Below, in pieces: positions 52,856-64,000 of a stretch of 64,000 nt of DNA; the stretch's first letter is position 1, and each line of letters starts with the position of its first letter. The DNA comes from Tubiluchus corallicola. Its lineage: Eukaryota; Animalia; Priapulida. Location of the stretch: the NCBI GenBank assembly GCA_030141605.1, contig JAQGDQ010000231.1, positions 1 to 64,000 of the forward strand. The letters run 5' to 3'. The position numbers were made by a program, and so were the translations under genes. The notes below the pieces were generated by a model that was not told the origin of the DNA, did not search any database, and worked only from the letters and a program-made list of their open reading frames with translations.

Positions 52856-53784
52856 TTTAATTTTGGTGTAGTTACATCAATTTGCCAAATATGGATAATT
52901 ATATTTGTTTAATTTCAAGAATGCAATGTAAAATTTGAATATAAAAGGTTAACAATACATGCATAATAAATTCGTCACTACTTATTATACGTTATGCCAA
53001 TAAATTTATCATATAACGTTTATCTAAAATGTGAGCGAAGCTTTGCTGATGTGGTGCATTTAATTTTGAAAGACACAGAAAAAAATTTACGTGCTCCAAT
53101 ATTATGCTGCGGATCCACATTTGCTAAAATTTATGCATGTACATATATGTATTGTATAGCAAATATAATGATTGCCCTCGTGGGCACCTTCCACGATTAT
53201 CCCGAGGATGAACCACGGTGTGCCATTAATTGAATTAATAGTTTTAAATGTCTTGGAAGTGTGCCAATCAGGCTTGAACTTGTTATAATACCGTTCAAAG
53301 CGACTTGATTTAAAAATTGTTACACTTTTCATAACGATACAGTTTATAACAATCTAGGTCTGCATAATTGCACAATATTTAAAAACTTTCAGTTTTTAAA
53401 CTGTAGTTGTTTGGCCCGAAGAATCATTACTTGTTACAAATAAGACAGCGTGATTCATTTTGTACGCAACGGACTAAAATATTTTTTAAAAACTTGAAGT
53501 AAAAAAGAACAAAAATAGGGCTGAGTATTCTCCAGAACAACACAGACAACGTTTACATTACCTGATAATTACTTAAGAAAACCAAACCTCCACAAACCAT
53601 CATGAAACTAACATTAACAAAGATGCAACAGTGTAAACATACAGTATAACTGCAGTCACGACTCCTTAATTTTAAAAACAGAGAATCTTAAATTTACTTA
53701 TCAGGTAAATTACCACATAGAAATATCGCGGTTTTTATAAAAGTTGTCAGGAAAAGTTCCCATTTTGCAAAATAATTTTCCAAG

Positions 53785-55035
53785 TTATTTGCCATCGGGA
53801 ACAAGTAATATTTCTTCATGAATCCACTGAGTATTTCCACTGGGGTTTGTACATACATGTAGATGAGATGGCTTGATTCCCGTGTCTGCGCCTGCGCAGT
53901 GAGTCACTTCCTTTCCATTTACTGGACTGGATGCCAAACGTTGCGTGCTTCCCGAAAGTTCTTTCCCTTCCTTTTGCGGCATTTGCAACACCGCGCTTTT
54001 ATTCTTGTCCTCTACTGACGACAATGTGACGTCATCATTAGAGCCACGCCTAGTTTCGAAACAAGACAGGCACCAGCAGCACGGCAATAGTCTTCTGAAT
54101 GCTATTCTGAAATCGCGGTTCAGACAAGCATAGATGCACGGATTAATGAAAGAGTTACAGTATCCCAGCCACGTGATGGCGCTTTCAACGACGGGCGACA
54201 CCTGGCACTGCGAACAGAAAGGCATTATAATATAAACCAAGAAGAAAGGCAACCAACAGAAACAGAAGAGTCCCATTAGAATGCCAAGAGTCCTCACTGC
54301 TTTCGTATCTTTGCTAAGTCTCTTCGACCGTTTCTTTAACCGTTTCTTGTTTACCATACTGTAAGCCACAGACTTTTCCAATTTCGCGATTTCGTTGGCC
54401 TGCTTCTGGGCGATCCTCAAGATGGTGACGTAAGCAAACACCATGACAACGAGAGGTACGTAGAAAGATGTCATCGATGAAACCACTGCGTATGTCTGGT
54501 TGACGTCCAAACGGCAGATGTTGCTAACAGGTGTGGTGACTGCTCCTTCATTGGCATACCAACCCAAGAATATGGGTACGAAAGATATTGCGGCACTGCA
54601 CACCCAAACGCTAACAATCATGAGAAAAACTTTCGTTTTGGACATTATTGCCTTGTAGGTCAGCGGTTCGGTTATTGCGAAATAGCGGTCTAGAGAAATA
54701 ATGCATAAATGCAGAATGGAAGCTGTACAGCACATGACGTCACAGGATATAAAGAAATTACAGAAAGTCCATCCCAATCGCCACTGTCCGACTACTTCGT
54801 ACATTAGCGAGTATGGCATCACCAAGAATGCGACGGTAAGGTCAGCAATTGCCAAACTGACCAGGAGATAGTTTGTGACACTTCGCAGTCGATGAAATTT
54901 AATGACAGCTGTTACGACTAGAACGTTACCACACAGAGTCATGATTATCACAGATGACAACACCAGACTAACCAGCACCATTTTGGCAGTTACAATGTTC
55001 TTACTGTCCGTCGCATTTTCGAAAGTTTCTGCCAT
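53785..55035 (-). CDS. Class A biogenic amine GPCR (beta-adrenergic-like octopamine / D1-like dopamine receptor group), single coding exon, 416 aa
   Basis: Seven TM segments; GN (TM1), LAIAD (TM2), D3.32 in SCDVMCCTAS, DRY, TM5 SSMTS, CWLPFF, NPCIY; N-terminal NAT sequon; C-terminal Cys cluster; in-frame TGA just upstream of the ATG. Confidence 0.95.
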   Translation of the reverse strand: MAETFENATDSKNIVTAKMVLVSLVLSSVIIMTLCGNVLVVTAVIKFHRLRSVTNYLLVSLAIADLTVAFLVMPYSLMYEVVGQWRLGWTFCNFFISCDVMCCTASILHLCIISLDRYFAITEPLTYKAIMSKTKVFLMIVSVWVCSAAISFVPIFLGWYANEGAVTTPVSNICRLDVNQTYAVVSSMTSFYVPLVVMVFAYVTILRIAQKQANEIAKLEKSVAYSMVNKKRLKKRSKRLSKDTKAVRTLGILMGLFCFCWLPFFLVYIIMPFCSQCQVSPVVESAITWLGYCNSFINPCIYACLNRDFRIAFRRLLPCCWCLSCFETRRGSNDDVTLSSVEDKNKSAVLQMPQKEGKELSGSTQRLASSPVNGKEVTHCAGADTGIKPSHLHVCTNPSGNTQWIHEEILLVPDGK

Positions 55036-56754
55036 TGCTTTTCTTAATCTACCTGTTCAATACTGCTCACTAGACTCAATGGGTAATGTACTACCATATG
55101 ATGACGATGTCAATAATTATGGTTACAAAACTAACTGACTAACACGTCTTGATAACAGCTGTTGTCCTGAAGTTGTGTGTATAAGAACTTTTTGCAGGCA
55201 GTACATCGCAGGGAACGTATAAGAGTTCACAGTTTTATACTAAGCAGCCGAGGTTTAATCCTTTGAAATTAAAATTATTGCTTGCGACTACCTATGCTTC
55301 TCCGTGTCTACCAAACAGTTTTAGCACTCACGCATCTATAACAAAAATCGACTAAAACAACCGTGGTCACTTAAGCTATGGTAGTATGGTAATGGCAACG
55401 GTGAAACTTTCTGTCACTCTAACAACGTGCTGCCATAAGTGTATTGACAGGCGCAATAATTTTCGCATGTTCAGCGTGTACGTACACACTTCAGTTCGCA
55501 AGTTTTGCTCGGATCTGAGAAAGCATCAACTTGAAACCATAAATTCGAATTCCTCTTCGTCTTTACTAGCCTCTGAATCCGCCGTGAGCTGCAAAGCACT
55601 TCTAATCATCCTGTCGGTTGTTTCCGTGGATTCTGTCAACAAACAAGATAAGGAAATTGACTAGTGTGTCCATCCAGATGACGGCAATGGAATAACATTT
55701 AACCGAAACTGATTTATTGCAAGAAAAACGAAACCATGGAAAAACTCAGAACTATCCCATACTTTAGTATTGCTATAATTAGCAATGCAGTTAGATATTC
55801 CAACCTCTTCACATTTGCCGTCTTTCAAGTTTGGCTTAGAAAATTTAATTAATTGTGGGTTTGTACCGTCACTAATAATAATATTGACATCTAAGATTAT
55901 AATGGTCAATTAATTAAGCACGGAAATTTTAGGCTCAAAAATAATAAAAAATAAAAAATGAATTTTCGAATCTAATTAGTTAGAATCACACTAGTCTAAG
56001 CGATGTAACATTGCAAATGCTTAATTTTGGTAAACTTTGGACTACCTTTATAGCTTGCGAATACGGTGAAATAGTGGCTATTTTCAAACATTTTCGCATG
56101 CCCTATCTTTCAAATTTGGTACGAAAATTTTGTTAATAACAGACTTGTACCATTACTACGCTTAGGGTACTAGATAACTATTGTGTATCTAATTTTTACA
56201 TTAGTGGAGACCACAAGAAACAGCGTTAGAACATTAAAACACACAATCAGGAATCACGTCATTGCTAGTTTATGCTCTAGTTGTTTCTTTTATTACATAT
56301 AACTATCTGGATGTTAGTTATACTGTATCCTACATACTTTTTACTTAAAAAGAGAGATCCTCTTTCTATAAAGCCATACATTTGTACTGAGTAATCATGT
56401 TAATTATTACAGATACTATTGTAATGCAAGCTATTCAATCGTGCACAATATGCAATCAGTTTAAAAGACATAATGGGATATGAGACGCTAGAAATACCAC
56501 AGGTAACGTAATAAGCCAAATAAGATGAACAGGTAAAAATTTAATGCTTTTATGGTAAGCTGCAGATTGTGGATAGATTTTACGCAGATTGTGAGATTAT
56601 ATGCATCGATTCGAAAAAAGATATTAAGAAAATGCAGAAAAAATTTCCTCAATCAATGTATTCTGCTTGAAAATTTAATATAAATAAATATGGGAAATAT
56701 AAATTACTTTCTTGGGAAATTTGCTTACAAATCGTCAAGAGCAAACCCCTTAGT

Positions 56755-57200
56755 TACCTACCTATCTGCCTACATGCCTGCCTGCCTGCTGCCTGCCTGC
56801 CTACCTACCTACCTACCTACCTACCTGCCTGCCTGCCTGCATACCTACCTACCTACCTACCTACCTACCTACCTACCTACCTACCTACCTACCTACCTAC
56901 CTACCAACCTACCTACCTACCTACCTACCTACCTACCTACCTACCTATCTACCTACCTACCTACATGCCTACCTAACTACGTACCTACTTACCTAGTTGC
57001 CTGCATGCTTGTTTATCTGACTGCCTGTTTTCTTGTCCGCTTTATTGTCTGCCTGCCTGCCTGCCTATCTGCCTTTCTGTATGCTGAATGACTGAATGCT
57101 TGCCTACCTACCTTCATACCTATCTATCTATCTCTCTTCCTACCTACCTACCTACTTGCCTAATTATCTACTTTCCTACCTGTCTTTCTACCTACTTACT
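56755..57200. repeat. (CCTA)n/(CCTG)n compound microsatellite
   Basis: Direct; explains the LPTY-repeat ORF. Confidence 0.95.
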
Positions 57201-58320
57201 TACACAAATGTAGAAACAGTGAGGAATGGGTACGTTCAAGCAAAGAATGATACAGCTCACTTGCTGAAACTTGGTTAAAATTCATTAACTATTTTGCTGT
57301 CAAAAGAGAGACATTTATATAAAAAGCCTCACGTGATTGTTACTGATTTTATTCTTATTTGTCATTATTTATTTTATCACGTTACTGTTACACTGCTGCT
57401 TAAAGTTTGAATGACAGTGACGACAGACAAAGACACTTTTTGAGTACCTTGAGCGAATAATTATAAGTGTAGTTAGTGCTGTAATTTTGCGTGAAACTTA
57501 GCTGGATAATTTTATGTAGAATTCTTCCCCACTGCTCTCCTCTCCTTTTCTCTGCTATCTCTGATTCTAATTCCTCTCTGTCCTTATCCTCTCCTTTTTC
57601 TTTCTTCGTTCTGCCTCTCTCGCAGCAAAATGCAAATGTATTTTTAAAATGCAATACAAAGTTTGCTTTAAAGGTGATCTTATAGGTCACCTACCACCAT
57701 CAATCATCGCAAAATGGGACGGTTGATGGTGGTTATACAGATGATGGCTTATGCGGATGTTACAAAATCCGTGTAAATTGTCCTTGCACCACAAAAATAT
57801 TGCAGTCTCAGGATTGAGACTCGGCATTAACAGACACTGTGTCTTTAGGATGAGTGAAATAAAGCTGTACTTTGTCCCTCCCTATTTTCACTGTATATGA
57901 ACCTTGATACCTACAGTTAGTCTATAGGGATCCGTGATATGAATGACATACCACCACTTTCTGAGTCTACTTTTTCTGTTCCTGCTAGTATAAACACGTT
58001 TACTGCAAACTGCCTTGTGTGTATAGTGAAAATATGAGCAACAAATTAAAGTAAAAATGGAGGTGCGATACAACAGAAATACTGGCACATTGTATTTAAA
58101 ATCTTGACAACTCGAACTGAGTGTATTTCAACTCTCTTAACTTTACTGGGACTGAGACTGGTTTGAGATAATTCCATTCACCTAACTAGCATCTAATTTA
58201 GTAATCCATCACCACGTCATCATCTACATAAATTTGCATGTTCATCGTATTCGTTTTCATGATCGTCGTCATCAGCATCATTATCGTCATTATTATCATT
58301 ATAATCACGATGACTGCTAC

Positions 58321-58500
58321 CAGTTTACGATTGAAAACAACCGCCATTCGACTCTTAACTGGCCAACACAGATTTAATAAATTTTTGGGTATTGTAGCGC
58401 AGGCAAATAACCAATTGTGTCACTGTACATGAGTAGAACACAACCCGGACCATCTACTCTGTGAATACAAGATAGGTGATAATTTTAGAAGGTAGAAGTT
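58321..58500 (+). mobile_element. 3' fragment of a LINE ORF2 (C-terminal zinc-knuckle region, I/R1/Jockey-group-like), decayed
   Basis: IRLLTGQHRFNKFL...LCHCT*VEHNPDHLLCE resembles RLxTGH..LN...CxC....ETxxHxLxxC. Confidence 0.55.
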
Positions 58501-60419
58501 TCGCCAGTTTGTAGACTGTTTAGGACAGGGGGACCTGTATTTGATTTAGGTGGCAAAAGGTCACGAAATTAATCAGGCGTTTATAATTTTGCTCCACGAT
58601 CACTTTCTGCGGCAAGTTTTCGTTTACGAAAATGGATGCTAAATTATTGTGAACATAAAAGTGCATCAATGCTGTATTTACGTAAAGGTCATTGAAATGT
58701 ATGCAAGTAGCCTAACAACGGTTAAATAATTTGTGTTAGCTTGTTAACTAAACTTTGTTAGATAATAACAGGCAAACAACACTATCAAATTATGTAAAGT
58801 AAAGTGTGCTAATATATGTGTAATACTATTATATTAAGAAGGCCTATTAATGACAGTGTAGCTGAACGTAGAAACGTGGCTGTATATTTTGCATGAAGTG
58901 ATTATGCAGTGCTGTATACAATAAATGTATAGTTCCGGTATTAAGCGCAAAGATTGTACTATAGTGTTCATCTAGCCTAAACATTTTATATAATATATTA
59001 TTGCAAATGGAAGCTTCGCTTGCATATACCTACCTATATATACTTACAAAATAAATCGTCGTCATCATCGTATTTCTCTTTTCTTTACAAAAACTGATGA
59101 AATGTGACTGCCAAAATAACAATAATAATTGGTTACTCAGGTGTGCATAAAAACCGTATTTCTCACATATCATTAAGCTCCTGCAATGGTAAATCGCATT
59201 TTTTTCAATCACGATTAAAAACTTCAAGTGAAAAATTTTTAACAAGTAGTTGTAACATACTTGGTTCTACATACACTAGTGAAGCACCTACCACATTCGA
59301 TCTTTTAGATACTAGCGCACTCAAAGAAAACACTAAATACGGTTATTATGAATTCTATAAGCTAACCGGCTTCGTTCTTTTCAAGCGCATGCGCAATCAG
59401 ACTTTGTAGTCGATGCCGAACACATGTGCCAAATTTCAATGAAAATCTCAAAATTAGTTTCATGTAATTTGTGGCTTGACGTAATTCGGACAAGGGGCTA
59501 ATCCATTGACTATCAGTTATATTGTACAAGTCATGTCTTAACATTTAAACAACCTCCAAAACAAATCAAAATTCAATTAAAAAGCCACGCAATCGGTATT
59601 TGAATGCACGTTCTTTCCACCAATACATGGCATTTTCTGGCTTCATCTTGCAGCCTGCCTGTCATGGATACGCCATCAGCGGTGATTATAAGCCGCTTGT
59701 TTGTATTGATCTTTGAGATTTTGATCAGTATTAATGTATCGATTATCATTGTACTACGGCATAAGTACTGTGCATTGTGCACTTCAAGCGGCTTATTCAA
59801 GTTCTAACAAAGTGCTGGCTCAATGGTCGTATGCTCATAATGATTAACTCTTTGAAGACCGAATGCTGAGTATTTAAAGAGATAAAAACTCTTACTTTTG
59901 CTTACAAAACATCAACGACAATCCGTGTTTAGTCTGATTATATTGAAAGCCCCTGATTACACCACTGGTTAAAATATTTCCTAGAAGCACTTACAAGCTG
60001 GCGATGACACTTGTGTATGCCTCAGAGCTTACATCTTTTCCCCCACTTCAAAACCCAGCAGCTGCAGTTTTTAACGATTGTTGTAATGGTGCCATCTACT
60101 AATTGCATGTTTTGCCAACATCCCACGAGACATATATTGGAGAACTTGAAATGGCGTGTTTATGTTCTTTCACGTCATTTATAGTGTTAAGGGTAATAAT
60201 TTCTAACGTGAAATAATTAATGTTTAATTTATTACATTTTCGTACAATTCCGCGTATTACAAACTGAAATCCGGCAACAATGTCTGTATCTACTAATAAC
60301 GTTGATGACTGTGGCGGGACCAAAATCTACGTAATTACCGATAAATATTCACCGAAAGTTGAACCGCGTACGGACTCGTACATATTTTTCCTCCAAGTGA
60401 AAAATAGCCAGCGGCAGTG

Positions 60420-60690
60420 TGGCAGATGAACTAAATAGAAGTAGTCTTGCTCGCCATCCCCCAACTATCTACTGACCAGATTAGGTGCTTCTTTACTCCT
60501 ATTGCTAAGCTCACACAGTGGCACTCAGCTAGAGTATAGCCCATTATCGAGCATCATCACCACGAGCTGTCAAATTCAGGAGGAAGACTCTGAAAAATCA
60601 TGAGTGAACCATGATTCGAACCCAGAACGTTGTGATATCAGGCCACATCCTCATCTAAATTTTCTAGGATAAGACACTGAACCGACAGAG
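60420..60690 (-). mobile_element. Probable decayed tRNA-derived SINE; boundaries approximate
   Basis: B-box GGGTTCGAATC on the - strand at ~60613-60623 heading a GC-richer body. Confidence 0.4.
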
Positions 60691-61664
60691 GTTCATCTTC
60701 TCTCAACGAGGTAAGTTGTCAGGCGTCAGTCAGGAACACTTGTTAGGTTGCACTCATCTATTGGTGACCATGCTAAACTTTCCTTAACTTCGGCAGCTAA
60801 ATCCAAAACTGTGACACACTTTCAGCTATTTGCATTCGCTCTGCAAGCATAACTTGAGCAATATACAGAAGAAGTGAAATAGAATTAAAATAAGTAAAGC
60901 AAAAACTGCAATGAATCGTTGGATATTATCTAAGAATATATAATTAGCAAGTAAAGATAATTAAATAAACACACGAAGGCAATAGTAAAATTAGATTGTC
61001 GGAAAAATTTTGCACCTCGAACCAATGACCCCCTGCTTTCCAGGCATCTATGTTAACTATTACACAACAGAAATTACACAACAATACAAATATTTTTATA
61101 TTGTGATTCCCCGCTGATAAACCTTTAGTCTTCTTTTTTCGCACTCACGGTTCTCTGGTTCTCTGGTTCTCTGGTAATTATTGCAGTTGTATATTGCTGT
61201 TAAGCTGCGGTCTTGATGAATTTTTGAGTTCTAAAAGTAGCAATGCAAAAGGTTTTCTAGACCTGCAAAGCGAATCTAATAAAAAAAAATGCTACGCGAA
61301 TCCATCATGATGCGTCAGTTTCCAGCAATCAATCTCTCGACATGCACGTTATCTTGAAGAGGTTAAAAGGACATGAAGAAAAGCACTCTCTCTAATTTAT
61401 TGCCTAACACTTCATCAACTTCTAGGTGGGTGAGCAGTCAGGCTTCAACCTGCTGAGCAAGCATAGCTGTAACTGTTAAAGACGTTTGTCAATAAAAGTG
61501 AATTCGCAAAAATGTACAGAAATCAGTCGAAAGCAGAGACCGAGTGATCACCAACTAAGTTCCTTCATACGAAAATGATGTGTGAGAAGTGATTAGTGCA
61601 ACCATAACAGTTATAAAAAACTAAGCTAACGATGTTTGTTCATTTGATTGGTTTTTTTCTTTTG

Positions 61665-62090
61665 GTTGGCTAGTCAGTCAGTCTGTTAGTTAGTTAGTCA
61701 GTCAGTCAGCCAGCCAGTCAGTCAGTCTGTTAGCCAGTCAGTGCATAAAATGGTCTTTCGTTCGATCTATAAGGTCAAACATTTGCATTATTTTGGATTA
61801 GGCAGGTTAGTTAATTCACTTAACTCGTTGCTTAATTTGCTTGTTGGTTGTTTGGTTGGTTAGCTTTTTGATTGGTCACATAACTGGTGATTGGTTGGTC
61901 GGTTGGTTGGTAATTTGTTGGTTTGTTGGTCGGTTGGTAGAGTGATAGATTGTTGTTTGTTAGTTAACTGTTTGGCTGGCTGGCTGGTTGGTTCGTTATT
62001 TGTGTGATTAGTTGATGTTTAGTTGATTAGTTAGTTGTTTGACTGGTTGGCCGCTTAGTTGCTTGCTTGTTCGGTTGATTTGTTAGTTTT
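61665..62090. repeat. Degenerate tetranucleotide tract (TCAG/TTAG/TTGG)
   Basis: Direct. Confidence 0.8.
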
Positions 62091-62554
62091 AGGACTCAAA
62101 TAAAATGTGAACGACAGCAGTATTGCAAAAACAAGAAATCATGTGTAAAATGCATGAACAAGTATGAAGCTGATGGTAATTCACATGTGTACGTCCTCCG
62201 AAAGGATCTACGCAAAGAAATTTAAAATTCCCTTTATACATTTTATTATTTTATTGCGTAAAACGAGATACATGTAAAGGGAAAATCTTGTCGTATTTAT
62301 TTTTTAGCAATTATTTTTTACAACGAATAATTCAAATCCAAGAGAGTTTCACTTTTATAAAGTTAGGACAGTTATAGCATACATTATTAAATATTACCAT
62401 TGGCCTTTCCCATCATACGTAGCGAAAGTAATAATGCGCTTTCATCTCGCACCTGGAATTGCCAATCTGTTTACACCAGATAAATATAATGCCAAAAAAT
62501 AGCAACTTGGTGTTTTATAACTGTGGCGGTACCAGCCTCTTATTTCTTTTCAAA

Positions 62555-62762
62555 GGCAAGAGATATAGCTCAGTGGTAGCGTGCTCGCTTCCCACCCAGA
62601 AGTTCGCGGTTTCAACTCTCGACCATGTCACGCCAAAGACTTAAAAAATGGTGCTGATTCTTCGACCAAACATACGGGCTTATCGAAGTAACATGCATTT
62701 AATAGCAATCGGGGCGGCGTTGTAAATAAGTATTGAGTTACTTAACGTGTTATCCGTGGACT
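62555..62762 (+). mobile_element. tRNA-derived SINE (Meta-domain-like body), interrupted by the 5S-SINE
   Basis: A-box TAGCTCAGTGG (62566-62576), B-box-like GGTTTCAACTC (62608-62618), then CCAAAGACTTAAAAAATGGT, resembling the MetaSINE central domain as recalled. Confidence 0.65.
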
Positions 62763-62772
62763 ATGTCCTAAA

Positions 62773-62890
62773 CTACGGCCAAATCACGTTGAAAACACCA
62801 GTTCTCGTCTGATCACGGAAGTTAAGCAACTTAGAGCCTGGTTAGTACTTGGATGGGTGACCGCCTAGGAATACCAGGTGCTGTAGGCTT
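62773..62890 (+). rRNA. 5S rRNA-like sequence forming a SINE head (probably not a functional 5S gene)
   Basis: Colinear with metazoan 5S (CTACGGCC..GAAGTTAAGC..TTAGTACTTGGATGGGTGACCGCC..GAATACC..GTGCTGTAGGCTT); first 2 nt missing, several substitutions, no oligo-T terminator. Confidence 0.85.
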
Positions 62891-63307
62891 GCGGGATGCC
62901 CACATTGTGTCTCGACACTAGGCGGAGGAGCTGCACAAGCAGCGAATGGCTAGAGGACGGAGGAGGTCAAGTGACCCAACGGCCGTGTGTAGAGGAATAA
63001 ACCTTCCAAATCAGGAGTGGAGCCCCGAAGGCGGACCAGTGCAGCATGATCATTGACTCCGGCAGCTCCTGCAGCCAACCTGGTGCCAAACGCATCGCTC
63101 CGCTTTCCTTTGGACTACACCAGCGATGGAGAGGGGGTTCCTGTTGTCTGGGCAACTCAGGATCTCCATACATTTTGCCCAGGCGTGCGCCCTGGAGACG
63201 TTCAAGGATCGCACTGCTCAGCCACAGTCGACGTGTGAACAATGTGATCAATAACTGACTCTCTTGGCGCACACTCCATTGTCTTCCGAGACAGAAGGAT
63301 GCCAACC
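62773..63307 (+). mobile_element. 5S rRNA-derived SINE (SINE3) with RTE-like body, 535 bp
   Basis: Flanked by direct repeat ATGTCCTAAA(C) at 62763 and 63308; GC-rich body (TTTGGACTACA, TGCCCAGGC.TGCGCCCTGGAGA) and end GAGACAGAAGGATGCCAAC resemble RTE-clade UTRs as recalled. Confidence 0.85.
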
Positions 63308-64000
63308 ATGTCCTAAACGAAATCATTGTAGGCCTTTGAGATGGGACAACGAATCGACAATGAGGTGGGGGTGTTATACGCCCTCCAAGCAACTCATGCG
63401 ATATGTAAAACGTAATCAAATAACGAGAACTAAAGCAAACTGATGGATAGGAGATTCGTAAGAAGCAAACTAAGGGAAATGAACCGGTCACTACTGATTT
63501 TTCACGTCCGCAACGCAGTATTCGTCGATAGTTGTGAATTTCGTAAGGAAGCAGTTCCTTTTTCATACAAAATTGGTCCTCTTCCAGATGCATATATTTC
63601 TAAGATCTTATTTAATGAAGGTTTTCAGTTTCAGAAGTAAACAGCCCAATATCATGTGGCCTTGACAGAAACACAGCAGCCGAACAATGCAGTAAAAATG
63701 TTTTCAATTATTATGGCAATTTCGCTGCAAAATCTGGCCATACTTTTCGACGATTTCGGTTTTTCGAGTTTAGTCTGGACTGCACAACCATATTGACATC
63801 TGATATTTTGACAGAATTTATAGCATGTTATATTATTAAGTTTTTGCTGTACTTGCCTCTGTTCAATCATGCGTTTGTCAGGTATCAGCATTCAACAGGC
63901 GTTGAAGACGCACCAAGTTTGCTTTGTGACGCTGACGCTTCTGTTATGTTTTAATTTTGAAATCGCTAAATATTTAATTACTCAATAATTAACTGAATAA

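Noticed and set aside
56690-57278. LPTY-repeat ORFs (and the LLTY ORF at 24713-24895)
   Set aside because: Translations of tetranucleotide microsatellites
62555-62630. Genuine tRNA gene
   Set aside because: Acceptor and T stems do not pair well, the B-box is degenerate, and it continues into a SINE-type body
62773-62890. Functional 5S rRNA gene
   Set aside because: 5' GC missing so helix I is incomplete, no TTTT terminator, single copy here, and enclosed with a body by a TSD
62967-63593. 208-aa minus-strand ORF
   Set aside because: Antisense to the GC-rich SINE body, crosses the insertion boundary, and has no recognisable motifs

Overview
AT-rich invertebrate (probably lophotrochozoan) genomic DNA. 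The left half (343-32897) holds a tandem + strand cluster of secreted Gly-rich low-complexity proteins (called GRP1-4 here). The ORF track misses their true starts: each signal peptide begins in a 27-33 nt upstream coding exon (e.g. MKTLIFLVVLS|GTAAGT) spliced in phase 0 to one large exon. A fifth signal exon at 32865 has no visible body. GRP1-3 share a Tyr-rich / Phe-rich / Tyr-and-basic triblock design. Cys in GRP2-4 occurs only as CX4C or CX14C pairs, suggesting a multi-component structural biomaterial (egg capsule, cuticle, cement or shell matrix; inference). The right half has a single-exon biogenic amine GPCR on the - strand. Mobile DNA includes three nested hAT MITEs sharing a target site, a decayed CR1/L2-type LINE, Penelope-like inverted repeats with hammerhead cores, and a TSD-flanked 5S rRNA-headed SINE inserted in a tRNA-derived SINE. 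All calls are by eye; no searches were run.
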